DNA of 63,614 nucleotides, filler included, from Choristocarpus tenellus KU-1152 (lineage: Eukaryota; Protista; Phaeophyceae), in NCBI GenBank assembly GCA_964200185.2. It is 10 parts of 10 records of this genome, joined end to end, with 100 filler letters (N's around TTAATTAATTAA, not from the genome) between each part and the next. Parts side by side here need not be neighbours in the genome. Positions count along the whole stretch, not along the records: positions 23,496 to 41,761 come from CAXNAD020000571.1; 9 more parts are not named here. One strand, 5' to 3'. A program made the position numbers and the translations under genes. Under the pieces are notes generated by a model that saw only the letters and a list, made by a program, of their open reading frames with translations, had not been told where the DNA came from and did not search any database. Below, in pieces: positions 23,685-38,600 of this stretch. Each line of letters opens with the position of its first letter. Within the stretch, counting starts at the first letter, position 1.

Positions 23685-26600
23685 CTAAAGGTTTCAAGTC
23701 CGTGCTCATACACCCCCCGCCTCGCAACTGCTGGGCCAAGCAGGGGGTACATCTCCACCCTTGCCAATAGGTGCGAAGTTAGACTGACAAATCTGTTGAA
23801 CAGTGTCCAAGTAGGAGTTTCTGAAGGACCTCCCGCCAGGCAACAACATTGACGAAGAAGCTCAAAGCACTCCTCTTGGGGTACTATATCATGGCTCAAT
23901 CCTTCAGAAGGGTAGGATACCGAAGATAAGGGCTTGATGGAATCATTGAAAAAATCACTAATAAAGATGTGGAAGAGAAAAGACTGGAGTCCAGACCTAG
24001 GGATTGTGACCCAGTATAGAACTCTAGGAGTAGATAAAAATGAAACTGACAAAATATTTGACTGACACAGAACAGACAATGCATTACCCAGGCAATAAGG
24101 AACTGTACTGACCTTTACATGGTGTGAGGGTGGGGCTTGTTAGTTGTTTCATTCAATCATAACAGTCACCCCCACAGGAACTTAATCAACCATGTAGAGA
24201 ACAGAAGATGTGTAATGTAGAATTCTCTATCCTCAACAAATAAAGTATTTCATGGACAAATGACCTGGTCAACTTCAATTTGACGGAAAATACTTAGCCT
24301 ACCACATCACCTCCTTTAGTCTCCTAGTGTAGCCTAGCTGCGTACTACTCTCCAAACGAAAAGAAAAAATGATAAAAAGAAATGACACGACGGATAAACA
24401 CACTGACAGTACACCCTGTGGGCATTGGGAACTCAGGGCACAACTTGCTGTTCAAATATTCTCTATACTACCTTCGTAGCTGTACCTTTCCATGACTGGA
24501 TCTCCAGAATACTAAAAATGTAGAGCTCTAGACCTCTAGGGCAATAAAACAGCGGTGGGACTGCCCTCTACTAATCTCTAATCGCAATAAACCATAACAT
24601 GCAGAAATGCGTACAGCTTCCACCCTTCACCTTTGCCATTAGCATCCCCAGCACTAGGATCAGGTCCAGTGCTATCTGGTAGGAGGTAGCCACGCTCAGC
24701 AGCCCTGCCTCAAAAGAAAAAATACGGTATAAGACGCTGATTACCCAGTTCAGGGTCAACACAAGACCAGCTTCAGGACACTCAATTTTATTTTGGTGAT
24801 AAGGTAGAAATGAAGTAAAGTTTGAACCTGAGGGTTGGTACTACTGTACGGAAATTTTGGGTTGATGTGGACAAAGTAAGAAGTCTTGTGCTGGGAGCAA
24901 TTTGAATCTAGAGCAGAGAGTAGAAAATGAAAACTATCTTATAGCAGTCCAGCATCACGCCTCCCCTGGCTAGACTGTCCAGTGCGGGGATAGTATCGGA
25001 GAGAGTAGTGGTATCCTCATCAAAAGTTGTAAGGATGCATGTACTCTGGGTCAAAGCACTTAAGAGGGTGGGAGTTCTGCCCTCTGTGTACATTCGGGGC
25101 TGGGCTTCCCATGGGTTTTTAATGCCCCTTTCCGATCTTTGAAACATTTCAAAGTAGGTAAAATGTGTACAACTATGAAAGGTGAAAGGCGTGTCCTGAG
25201 CAAGGATATTGACACTTGCTAACAAACACAACAGCCAAAATTCATAAAATCGTAACATTGGATTTATGACCCCGAATGACGCGGCCCTACCCTCTTAAAT
25301 GCTTTGGGTATCTGGATTTTGGTACAAATTGGCATCATGTGGAATAGTAGGAAGTTCAATCTACCAAATAGCTAGATCTAAGGACATCATAGCACACAAA
25401 TACCCCTGGCAACACATACAGTTGTATGAACACTCCTGACAGGCAAAAAATACCCTCCCCTATGCCACTTTGAGAGAAAAATGGAGGGAGCACAAAAACT
25501 CACAACACAGCCACCAATGTAATCCAAGGTACACTCTTGTATATCCCCGAAAGACTAAACCTATGTTGCACGAGCACTCCACTCACGTTGGTGTCTAATG
25601 TGACTAAGAAAAATTAAGACACTTTCATCAATTCAGCCCCTTCCAAGAAACTTGTACCATTCAATCCACATAATTGCTTTCAATGAACTGCCTGTAATAG
25701 AATACTGAACACCACTGCCAATATTAAAACTAGTGCTTAATGTGCCAATGCCAACACATCAATACATTACACCAGACCTAAGTGATGTTTTAAGCCAACA
25801 ACACTACAAACATTTTAACACCCTCACCCTGACCTGAAGGATAATATATGCCATACAACTTACACATCACTATCATTGGGATGAATGACTCGCAGAATCT
25901 AGTAGATATGAAATCACCTGAGCCATCGGCAGGTGCGTTGTATGCTTATGTCAGGAAGCATCAACAGCTTCTGACCCTGCAAGATTGGGGTGTAGAGATC
26001 CATTTTGCTGGGTAACACCTGCATACATCACAAACAAGCCGGAGAGCAAGGCAGTGGGCAAGGTTGCCCATGCGGAGAGAAAATTTTCAGGTCACCCGCC
26101 TTGACTAGATTGTGAACTGGGAAAAGACAGAGGTATCAATAGCATATATGTATACATATGAATGTATACATGTGAAGGAGTCGGCAGGAATAGATCAAGT
26201 CCAGGTACAATTCTTCTCACTAGAGGCAAACGGACGTCAGTTCACTGAGGGGAAATATTTGATATCTTGGCAGCAATAGAGGAGATACTTTTTCACTCTT
26301 TTAGGCTCGAAAGGTGGCCACTACTCTTAGCTACGAGGTTTACTAGATCTGAGTATGAGTGCTGGATCTAGTGTGATCAAATTTTGCTGAAGGAAAATAG
26401 TATCATAATGGGAGAGGGCAATAGTTCAATTAGGAACAGCAATGACTGGCACACTTTTGGACTGGTTCAAAGTGGTTCAAAGTGGTTCAAACAACAATTC
26501 TTACAATATTCCTGGGGCATATTGAGGCAGCATGTCAAGGGTGCTCACCCAATACCAGTGGTCAGGATAACCTCACCATACCAGCATATCAAAATGGAAT

Positions 26601-29600
26601 GCATCGATTTAGGTATGTTTTTCGGTGATGGCAACGATCTTTAATACAATTCACGTTGACAGCAGTTGGTGGAAACACATAATCGAGTAAGTGCAGAGCA
26701 GTGGTTTGTTGGAGCATCCTGCACCTGACAAAGTTCCACCAACTATAGTACATAGATGGAGCAAACGAAATGTTCAGGCAATTCCTTGTGCAATTTTCGT
26801 CATCTGCAATACATTGGCCCTTGAACCCTACGGTGGTAAGGTGTAGAGAGATTGAAAAGATTCATGGTCACCTGGAGCATGATGCAGGGGAGCAGGCTGC
26901 ATATATGCAGAGTACGAGCTGTACGGTCACCCTCTGAATTGGGAATTTCTACATAGAAACTATCTCCTTTCCAGCGAACAAATACCTCACAGGTCACTGG
27001 GTCCCTGCAGGAGGGATGGCATCATCAAGTTTAGTTCTAGAGCATTTCCAAGCATTTGATGGCACTGAAGAAGAGAACAATACTCATGTTCAAAAAATAG
27101 GGTCAGGGGCACGGATTAGAATAAAAATTGTGGTTAGAATGGGGGATTGGGATTCTCTTGGAATGATGGGATTGTCCTGTAGTTTAACAGCATTCAAGAA
27201 ATCTCAATTCTACAAATGGAAGAGGAGGGTAACACAATGCCTTGTATGTTATTTCAAGGGCATGTCAAAAGCTTGCCCTACTATTTCCAACCTTATACAG
27301 CCCCCGAGAAGAAGCTGGAAAAGGAGGGTGTTGCAGTCCTTGGGAGGTACAAGTCCTAAGTCCAAGTGGAAGGCGACAAGACCCCTGCCCAACCCACGAC
27401 TATCAGCGGCCAGGTCACCATCCCGACCATGCATAATCCCTTGCCCTTGTGAGTTGCCTGTCAATCCTTGTGACACTGCATGCTTGATCACAACTCTCCG
27501 GCACAGATCTTCTCTTGTAAAGGCTGACCCCACAGGGACTCGAACATAGAGAGGTTCCACATCACCACCACTGTGATTCACGGAGCTGGAGGCACCCTGA
27601 CCCTTGCTCTCCTCCGCCCATCCCAATTCTTGCACCTCATTTTCCCTTGCTTTACTCTCCTCCTCACCTTGCAGCAATCTTTTCTCCTCCCGAATCTGTT
27701 GCTCCTTCACGATCTGTGATCAATGTGGTTGTTGGTCATTGACAAAAATGGAAAGAATTGGGAATGCGGTGTCCGCAAATGAAGTAGTCCGTCGACTTGA
27801 AAAGAGTATGGTAGATCCTTCAAGGATTATTGACTGGAGATTAATAAAAAACCAATGGCTGTACCCTCTCAAATAAAATAATCCTGGGTAGCTCCAAAGA
27901 GCCTCAGACAGATCGAAATGAAATACATAGTATCTTCAAGACGTGACATAAATAAACCCAATCCCCTACACTGTGCAATACCAGAACTTCCGAACAATTG
28001 TACAACAATGTAAAGCTGGTCTCATCAAGGAAGACAAAAAATCTCAACATCGTATCACCGGAACTACTGCAACAGTAAGGAAGTCGAGCATAACAGACCA
28101 TTTTTTCCCCTTTTTGTTTGACTTCAAGAGGGAAAGCAGCGTAACATACTCCGATCTTGAAGGTTGCATTGCTGTCGACTACAAGCAGGAATTACTCCTT
28201 CGTTTCCGTGTCGGTGGATGAAATTTTGACAGTGGCATCCTTGCAACACAGCCCATAGATACCCAACGAGTATAAAAAATCCTTCGCAAAATATCATTTC
28301 AGAACCCTTTACTTTATGCAAGTGCTCAAATGAATATCTCAAATACTAATGGCATAAATTTTCCACAGTTCGAATTTTGATATTTTTTTCAAGGTTTCAC
28401 TTCCAAACATCAAAACAAAAACACCCATACCAACTTACACATTGAACTGACACTGTCAATTGCAAAAGTCAATCAGGCATTGCTCCTTCATGATTCATAG
28501 TCAAAAGCTGAAAATTAGAGAGTGGCCCACTTGGAACACAGCTAACCACCAAATCAAAATATTTGTACACATGGAAATTGCTTGGCAAATTGTTCCAAAG
28601 TATGGAAGAAACACCCTACAAATCGTAATATGTATGGACTAATATATATACTGGCATTGATGAACTTGCTCAATCCTGCCATAGCATATTGTTATTGTTT
28701 TCTGGGGGAGGCTGTAACAAGACGTCTGTACATGGAGCCATATGCGTCCATTACACTACTGTGCGTCTAATCTTGTTTACTGAAGGATTAGTCAAACCTT
28801 GGCAAAAAAATTGTTCACCACCATTCTGCCAGTAGGCCATTACTCAGGACAGGTTCATGTGCTTGCTATTTCCGTATATAAAGACCCATAGTTTGATAAG
28901 GGTGACTTGCAAAAGAAAAAAAAAAGTGACTTAAAACGTAAATGGCATTGCTAGAGGAGATGAAGACCTATGGTTAGAGTAAACGTCTCATATTTCATCA
29001 CCAATAACCTCCGAATCTTGGTCCCCAATGCGTAACTGCACCACATGCAAACGACACAATTTGCGCTAAAAGGAAAGGTGCCTGTCTCACCGTCTTCATA
29101 ATATGATGCGTCTTTCCACCTCCATTTACCTCACTCCTCACAACTAAGGTGGGTCCTGCGGGCAAACGTTTACAGGGAGGGAGAGGCCTAAGTGGCAAAG
29201 GCTACAAAATTATACTTGCAACAAAATACCTTGGTGAAGCTTAGTTCTGGAGAATACATGCTACAGATGTAGCTGCTAACTGACAGGGCATCTTGGGCTA
29301 AGTTGAGGACGTATTCAACAATAATCAGGCGACTTCGGTTCCTACACAAAAATAAAACCTGGGGAAAATGGTAGCATGTTCATGATATTTAAATATTTTG
29401 AGTGAAAGCACAAATAGAGAACACCTCCTTCCACCAAAAAAGAAATTAAAAATACCCTAGGAACTGGGGAAGTGTAATTTCCGAGCAGAGCTATGGCAAC
29501 ATAATGTTACAGCTGCAGTGGCCACCTTCAAAGTGTGTGTTAAGGGCTGAAGCCACAGTCTCTTTGAGCACTTCTGATGTCAAGGAGGGTAGTTCCACCA

Positions 29601-32600
29601 CGTGACCACTTAGCCAGCTCAGGAGCGCCTGCTTAGGCTCTCCTGACACAATGAGAAGAATTCCTTCAGGCCCTGCTTCTGCACTGGTCATGCATGTGTG
29701 GACACTTTGGTGTGAGCCATTTGCCATACCCATGAAATGGCCAGAGTTAACAACCCCATCAAAGTTTGTGTATTTGTTGCGTTGCCTGTACAACAAGACC
29801 TTCGACCTTAGGTGTCTCATGAGATTTGCTTGGCTAGTGAAGGACAATCTGTGAATATCCGCGATTGTAAAAACTGGTACAGCTCTCTCCGCAATCAAGT
29901 CCTCCTCCAGACCTCTATCTTCAAGGTGTTTTCCTGGTTCCTTTCCCTCCTCCTTCCTAACATCGACCTCTACCTCTCTCCCAACCTTTTTGAGCCCACT
30001 GTTGTTACCCTGCTGTAGTGGTCTAGCCTGAACATATCGTCTCACTAGGAGCTCCAACTCCTCATCCGTTGTCTCATCAGTGCAAAAGAGTACCTCACTA
30101 GGCTGTGGTAACCGACCTCTTCTAACATAAACTGACAGAACTAAGCGAATAACACCATCTGCACTCTCAGCACACGTTGCAAACAGGCTTTGCCTCCCCC
30201 CTGTTTCTCCGATCACCACTGACTCAGGTTCCTCGGTTTCAGACAGGCAAATACCTACCCCATCACTACGACTAGCACCACTCGAACCAGAGCCCACTGT
30301 AGTCACAAGGACATCAAATCTGTTAGCGACCCTTTGAGCAGGAAGCGAAATACGTCGCACAGTCTTTCCACGTCCCACTTCGTCTTCGGCTGCAACAGAA
30401 TCTTCTAGAGCCGATCCTAGACTGTCAAGTATGCCTTGCCCAGTCACTAACTTCTCTTCCCAACGGGCAAGGAATTGAAAAGCCATCTCAAGGCGCACAT
30501 CACTTGAGAGCAGGTGTAGTGTCGCATGGACCTTTGCAAGTGCTTCACTTTTCTCCATACGAAAGTGTTGTGTGGCTCCTCCCTGCGTCTCTTCCTCAAG
30601 GATACTGCAAATGGTGTTACTCTTGGGACTGTGGAGTGAGGTGGACGACCGCCAAGAGTGCAGGGTAAGGATCTTATGCAAATGTAGAATATCCTGCATT
30701 GTGAAGAAATTCAGGAGGTGCCACCTGCATATTGTATTGGTTTAGGAAGGGGGGTATATGGGATGTACACAGAGAGAATGGGGACAATGAACAGGGTCAA
30801 AGTAGACTGTTATAGGAAAATAATTACTGGAATCATAATAAAAGCCTAAGTATACTATTTCAAACACTTAAAGTTCTTTGGCGTATGCCTCCACTCCTAC
30901 TCACCTCATACTTGTTTGATGACTTTGGGTGAGGGGTGTTTGCATTATACCGAAACTCTTATATTCTTTTGGGGCTGTGACAGAGTATGCATACTTGGTA
31001 TTCCTCATGGATAGTCATTTCGTAACTTAGTATCCTCATTGTTGTGCTGTTTGTGGAAAAAATGACAGTGATCAGAGAACGGACAGCCTCTACCCAACCT
31101 TGAATTTTCCTCCACACTCATCAAGATTCATCATTCTTCCCTGAAGTTAATCTTCCTACCCTCCCCTAACGAGTCAGACCTGTCCCTTGCTTCCTGAACC
31201 AAGGCTGCCCAGTCTTGCTCTTCCTTCTGGAGGCTCTGCCAGAGATGACTGAGAGACGTTTCTCCACCCAATTCAAACATTTGCCTGAACTCCCAACAGG
31301 ATAAGAGCATATGCCATAATCACCACAAAGTACGAAGCAGGGATTGGAGTGCACGAATTCTAAACTCAACATAGCATTTAACCACAAAAACAGTGCACAA
31401 AGAGCGTGTTGCACTCCAGGAAATACAGGAAAGATAAAACAAAGTTGAATTGTAGAGAAAAGGTACTATATTGAAGTATAATAGGCAAGTACTCCACAGT
31501 TCATCGGTTGGGATTCTCGGAGGAGCTGAAAGGCAGCACTGGTTCATTGTTGAGGAAAGGGGGAGTCATCGAAAGTGCGGATGCATAAATTGTTGGAAGT
31601 ATGTTATCCAATATCTTCATCACCGCCAGCCAATATTCATTGCTGCCCAAATCCAAGGTCTGCACCTTGACAAAATTGTACTCTAGAACATTTATGTAGT
31701 AATGATATTCTTTAATCCTAACAGTAATGTATGTCTTGTAATGCTCTCATGTATTCTGAGTCTCTTCCTAAATCAAGCTCTCTTGATGATGCATTTCTTC
31801 CTACTGAGTTCTTTTATCTTGTTGTGCACTATGTTTTCATACAGACCATTATTTTCGCACCTCATCTTCCAACCTTCCTGATACAGGGGATGCCCAGCCT
31901 CACGCAGCCTCTCCAGAGTCTCTACCATGTCCGACAGGACCTATTCATGTCAAGGCCATATGCACAGGTACCAGCACACATATCATGACATTACCCATAC
32001 AAGCATGTCAAACTACGCTACATCATGTACAATTATAAACAATGAGTGCACAACATCACCAGGAACTGAGCAAATGAAGGGTAGGTTGAGCGCACAAGCA
32101 TAGAATGGGTGTGCTTTTTATGAAGAAGAGGAGGGAATGAATTAAAGTATATTAGAGGGTAGAGCCACGTCCGTTTGGGGGCCAAAATCCAATGTTGTCA
32201 TGTTGATGTAATTTTGGCTATCATGTTTGTTAGTAGGTGTTAATATCCTTGTTCCAGACACACCTTTTCATAACGTATACATAAACGTATACATTTTTAC
32301 CTACTCTCAAACATTTTGGAGAGGGTAAAATTTCATAAAAAACCCGTGGGAAGCCAAGCCCCAAATGGACAAACAGGACAAAACTCGTACCCTCTAAGAT
32401 ACTTTTACTCAATCATATATCAATTGAGCACACCCTGTGAATTGGAGTGATTTAGGAACTTCAAAAGAAAAATCAGTGCGCTCTACTATAATGAGAAGAT
32501 CATAGGAAGATTAAACAAGATCAAAGGGAAGAGAAAATAAGGGTAATAATAGTGATGTCAACTTCGTGATACCACACAGTCCTCTATGACAGAGTAATAT

Positions 32601-35600
32601 CTCTGCGATTCTAATTTTGCACTAGTGTTGACCCTCATGGGGTGAATGTTCTTCCCAAGGAAGGAACTTCTGGAATCAATGATCTTTGCCCCAACCAGCA
32701 TTCACCTCGACACACTACTGATGGAGTCAAACTGGTCGAGGCTGAGAAGGTTGGAGGCTCTACAGTAAATACCATAAAGATAGACTGAAAAAAATTATTG
32801 GATTCATTCACATGTTACGGTTAAAGTGATATATATATACAGTTAAATTTACGCTGCTTAGGGTCATCTTTATTAAGCCAGCCATATCCTCAAACTTGCC
32901 AAAGATGAGTTCTTTGAGAATGACTGCGAGGGAAGATGATAGGTTGTAAGTTTAAAACTCTATGTATCAGTACCTGCAGTTGCCCCTTGAATGACTCCAC
33001 TGCAACACGAGCTCCATGCCCACAGCTTTCAATCCATGTTGTCTCCTGCTCCTCTGGGATTTCCATAAAGGACAATCTCGCCCTTAGGCCAAGGAGATGT
33101 TGCTCATCCTGCACTACCACAGTAGCCATTGCCTCAGTTCCCGACCCAACACCATCAGGGACAGCCTTTGATGAAACTTCAGTGGTCATTATGGGAGTGT
33201 GGGTATTTAGTTCCAGAACAAGGGAGAATGATCGGCCACCATTCCGATCAAATGCAGTTCCATCATGTGTTGAATAGCGCGAACCAGCATGGAGGACAAA
33301 GATCCCTCTGCTAAGTATTTCACGCAGATTACGGAGAGCCTTGACACCTGCAGACACTGTCTGATTCTCAAAAAGCTGACAATTGGAGGCACAGCAATGT
33401 GTGATCAGATTGTCAGTGAAGAGGGAGGTAGGACAACACACACTAGTTTGCTTCTGCTGTAAGTGAGTCAAGGACTTCATTTCTATTGTTCTACAAATCC
33501 AGTATCAATCTCTGCGCGACACTCGATAAAGAGACAGTGCCAACTAGGCCTACGCAATTCATACTGTGCTTCAATTCCTGACTGCCATTTAGCCAAATCG
33601 GCACCGATACCTAGGAAGTGACCATTCTATAACAAAGCACAAAACTCCATCACCTCATAAGGTAGGCAATAAGAAGAGTGAGGGTGTTGAGAGGGGGATG
33701 GACTATATGCACAGTGCAATGGCAATGAAAAATGGAGGTGGATCTGAGACAAGGGAGGTTAATCTTGGCAACACAACGGCATTGAAAATTGAATGGCATT
33801 GAAAATTGAAGGAGGCAGGTTGAAAGAGGGGAGGGCGCGCAAGGGTTAACACCAGAGAACACATGGAGTCATCTATAGAGCTCTAGCAGGGGAGTGGTGT
33901 TCATGACATAGCCCAAAACATATGAAGAAAATTACTGCTGGATATAAAATAATTGCACAAACACACTTCAATATACGTCAAGCGTAATGCATAAAAGAAA
34001 ATACACTGGGCATAACCTAGGAGGATAATCCTGAATAAGACAACAATAGAATTGATCTGTCGCCCACTGGCCTTAGCACACGTTTCTGCACCCTAGCCAT
34101 CAGGATTGAACAAAACTATATTGAAACGTAAGGTCCCTCATTGTGGTATACCACCTATATAGATTCAATGTGTTTGTCTTATGGTAGGGTTGTTGGTGAG
34201 CTAAGCTTCTTTCTTACCTCCTTCAAGCGGCCAAACCTAGCCATGGTGTTTTCCAGGTGCCAAAGGAAGCTCTCCTCTTTCCCTCCTTCCTCTACATCCT
34301 CCTTGGCCCCAGCCTTAAAATGTTCCTTTAGACCAACATCAATGCTGGAAAAAGCGCGTACCAGGAGCTGAAGACTGGGATATGGGCCTTGAGCACTCAC
34401 AGGGAGAAATCTGACCATTTACAAGTAGAGGAGAGGAATGACGAAAGACACAGAGGGATGACATAATGCTTTGACCAAACAATGCGCAAGTACCGGTCAT
34501 CACAAGGGAGAGGTCTGGAGTGGGCGTAGAATTAAACGAGGAAGTGAAAGCACATTATCAAGCTTGACTATGTGCACATCCAGTCCACAAAGAGAGCAGA
34601 AAGCTGCATCCGGATAATGTGAAGTTATGTAAGGCAATGTAGGGGCAAGCTATGCTCTGATCAAAGAAACAGAGGATCACATTCTAATGAAGACAGAAAA
34701 TGATGAGCATCACAAGAGGAAGATTTACAAAAAGAAGCCTGGAGCATGCCTACACACCATCAACATCCAAGCCAGTCTAAATACAGTACTTCATTGTATC
34801 TGTGGCTAGCATTCATCCTAACCCACATGTACAGGTGCATTTCCTATCAATGCACCCTATCCAGTAAGATACTGCACTCCAGCTTCTGAAACACATGCAA
34901 ACCACAAGAATCCCATAACCAGGCCCTCACCTACAAGAGAAATTCACACACCAATCACCCATGCTATCTTTCTTGTCCGACCTACACCCACCAAGTTCCA
35001 CATTTTCTGAAGCGCTAGTATCCAACATTGAGCCAATATCATCACCAATTCCGACCTCATCCATAGTGAACCCCCCACAAAACAACCACCGATCACGCCC
35101 TAGTCTGAGCCTACTGTTGTGCGTGCCCAACCCATACACCTGAAAATGTCCTTCAACCATGACAGCCTCACCTGCAACACTAAAACGTAAATACCTCCAT
35201 CAAAAACACTTGAAAGAGAGATCCTTGGAACCGATTAATATCCCAACCATCCCCAGATCGGTCACCTAATCCATAACACTGCAAAATTCATAACACAATC
35301 CTTCCTCGAATGAGCAAACCTTGAACGAATCTCCACAAGGGACGCCAATGAAGACAATAGCCCAGGTTCATCAGTGCACGGCCGGCATACCTGCAGTAGG
35401 CGACTGAACTCGTCGTTTGATGGGTGCTGATGCAGAAGAAAGCCGTGCATAATGCCCCATACCGCACGCAGAGAAAAATGGTTAAGATGTAGCATGATGA
35501 GTTAGGACAGTGGTCACCATTGACTGGTTACAAGTGCAAAGAAACGTGGTGAATATGGCCATGAGGACAGTGGAGTGGTTTTCTTCAAGGCACTCCATGA

Positions 35601-38600
35601 TCGCATGACACATACATACGGGCAGTCACAGCTAAGCCCACGCTAGATTAGCAGGTTTCTGGGCAAACAAGCAGTGTGAAGAGGCGAAGGGTGCGTGTTT
35701 CATTAACAGTAGGGCTTTCCAATATGGTGAGATCTAGATGGGGGTAACAATGAGTCTAGATCATTGGGAAAAGAAGTCATGGCAATGACAAAGATGAAAT
35801 ATTATGATGGGGTGAGACTAGATGTGTGAAAGCATGGGGCAAGGGATAGGAGATTGGTGGGTACAAGAAAAGATCTGAAGTGATTATATGAAACATAGTT
35901 TGTGTGGACGAGATACAAGTACTCTTTTTATAGAAACAGAGTGTTCAGTCACTGAAATAGTGGACAGGTATATAGTTTGACCTTCAAGGCTTGCAAACTA
36001 CAGAAACACATGAGATTCTATGCGGAACAGCAGGTCAGCAACAGAACCAGGGGAATAGATAGTAAAAAAATAATAATATTTCCACTGTTGACCACAAATT
36101 CAGAGAAATTTTCCATTTACCGCATGTTACACTCCAATACACACATATGCAATGTTTGTGGAAACAGATCGTGGGTCAATGCATGTCATTAGTTTTTTGC
36201 ATGCCTCATTTGTTAAAACAAACATCAACTAACACAAAAACTTAAATGTTACAACAAATCTGAACCCAAGTCACATGTGTTCACTCACATCTAGCAACCA
36301 GTGGACAAGGGGGGGGGTTTCCAGCAGCTTGACCAACACATCCACATTCCTCCGCCATTGCCTCGGAACCTGTTGCCCCGATACTCCTTCCTGCAAGCAC
36401 ACCTTTGCCAACCCCATATCCGTCTTTGTTCCCGACTTGACGAACCTGTTGTTTCTCTTGCCCTTCCTTCCCTTACTTTTTTTCAGGCTGCTGCCGCTGT
36501 CATGGTTTCCATTGCCAACCTCTAACTCCCCATCCTTAACGCCACCTTTGTCCTCAGCCCTACTATCATCCCCTTCATATCTGCTCCCACCTCCCCATTC
36601 ATCGATATCATTCCAAGCTTCATGGGCTTCTCTCAAAGTTAAAATGTTCCACTTTTCCCTTACTGATGAAAAGATACCCTGTAGCTTCAGGTGAGAAGAA
36701 TCTCTGCTGGGGAGCACAGAGAAGAGGAAGGGGTCGTGACCGTTGCCCCTCCCCTTCACAACCCCAATTTCCCCATCTAAATCACTAGAAGTGTTGTTCC
36801 CTCTTTTGTCATCACCTTGCCCCCCCTCATTCTCATGTTTCTCTGAAGTATTATCATGTGCGCTGGGGCTATATCGGAAAACAGCATGTGCTGTCAGCAG
36901 GGTGGGGGCAACGGTTAGGAACCACTCTAGGGAAGCATATGCATCAAACGCAGCCAGAATACCGGTAACCTCAACCTCTTGCAACTCATGACTCAGTGGA
37001 TGCCAATTAGGTTGTGTTGGTGGTTGAGAAATCCGAAGTGGAAGCTGTCCCGAAAATGAAGCTGATTGTAAACCACCAGATAAACTATCCTGAGCAGTGT
37101 GATGAAAATCTGAAGGTTGCATCAGTGGGTGCGCCAGTTTTGCCAGTACAGTTGGTGACAGTGGTGATATTGAGTGCAGGCTGCAGCACGATTTTTCGTT
37201 CTTGGTGTGGGGAGTAAAAGGTGGATTTGGATGTGGTGGTGAAGCAGAGTAGAAAGGACATGAAGCGGAGACATCGCCGAGAGGACCTCCCTTGTTATTC
37301 CAGAACGGAAGATGATGTTCGGGGATAAATTTGACCAGCAGTTGAACCTCCATTTCCCTTTGAAGGTCTGTCATTCCTCCAACCAGGAGGGAAGCTTCCC
37401 GCGCAAATATGTCACCTTCTGATATCCGATATACTAGATATCTCCATGCCACCAGGGCGCGTGGAATCACGTATCTCACCACTGTCTCAATAGAGATCAC
37501 AGACTTCTCCGCCAACCTATTTTTCACTACTCTTTCATCTCCATCTCCTGCTCCCTTGACAATGACTTCACTCTGACTCTTATCACTACTCTCAAGGCCT
37601 TGGGAATGGCCTTGGGAATCTTCCTCTACACCCTCAAAAGATCCCACCGTTGTCGCCATACTGACTGATGTGTCACCTTCCCCTCGCAAGTTACCCCTAT
37701 TCTTGTCTAATCCCAGCAAAAACTGCTCCACATCCTCCATTACCCTCATCTCACCCTCTGCCCCTGGAGTCAAAATATCTGAAATATTCTTTAAAACCTG
37801 GTCGCCTTGATCTGCCCAAACATTGATGAATATCTGGCTCTCGGAGAGGAGGAGAAGTACATCCAATGGGACTGACTGAGCCATAACCTTGTTGAAGCTA
37901 AGGACCGGAGCAAGCACAACGACCTGATTGAGATTCTTTGCTTCCAAAAAACCATCCAAAAAGTCCTGTTGCAACACAGCCAGTGCTGACCTAGCAAGAG
38001 TGGGTAAAGTCGGAGGGATGGATGTCACATGAGGTTGTGGGATTTAACGAAGGACAAACCAGCAACATACTTTACAAGCATGCTGATGATGGGCTCGCAG
38101 TGGGCCAACATATGCAGTCCCGGACATGAGCGAAAGAGACCATATTGCATCACGAGGTCATGCCATCATGAGAACTAGCAAAGGTGCTGAAATTCCATTT
38201 GAACTTCAAACCCAAGATACTCTCGTTAACAAACTGGTGCACACCAAGCGTGAATAACAAAATGTTTTGTGTGTGTGTAGATACCACACCAGAAGCAAAA
38301 ATTTAGACTATCAACAACACACATTTCGTAGGTCAAGCAGACCTCTTAAAAAACTCAACAACAACAAAAAGTAACATGGAGTGTAGTATGTGAATATTCT
38401 AACCTTAAACAGTATCCCATCAAGTAGTCCTGTTGATCAAGGCACATCAAAATAATGACATGGTTGGCAGTTCTACCAATTTGTACCAAAACCGTTTTCA
38501 TATCTCACTTGAGCAGAGAGCCATCAACCCCAGCAGCTGGGCAATACATCGAGGCCAGAATATCCACTCCCTTGAGCACGTTAGGGAAAGCTTCAGCAGC

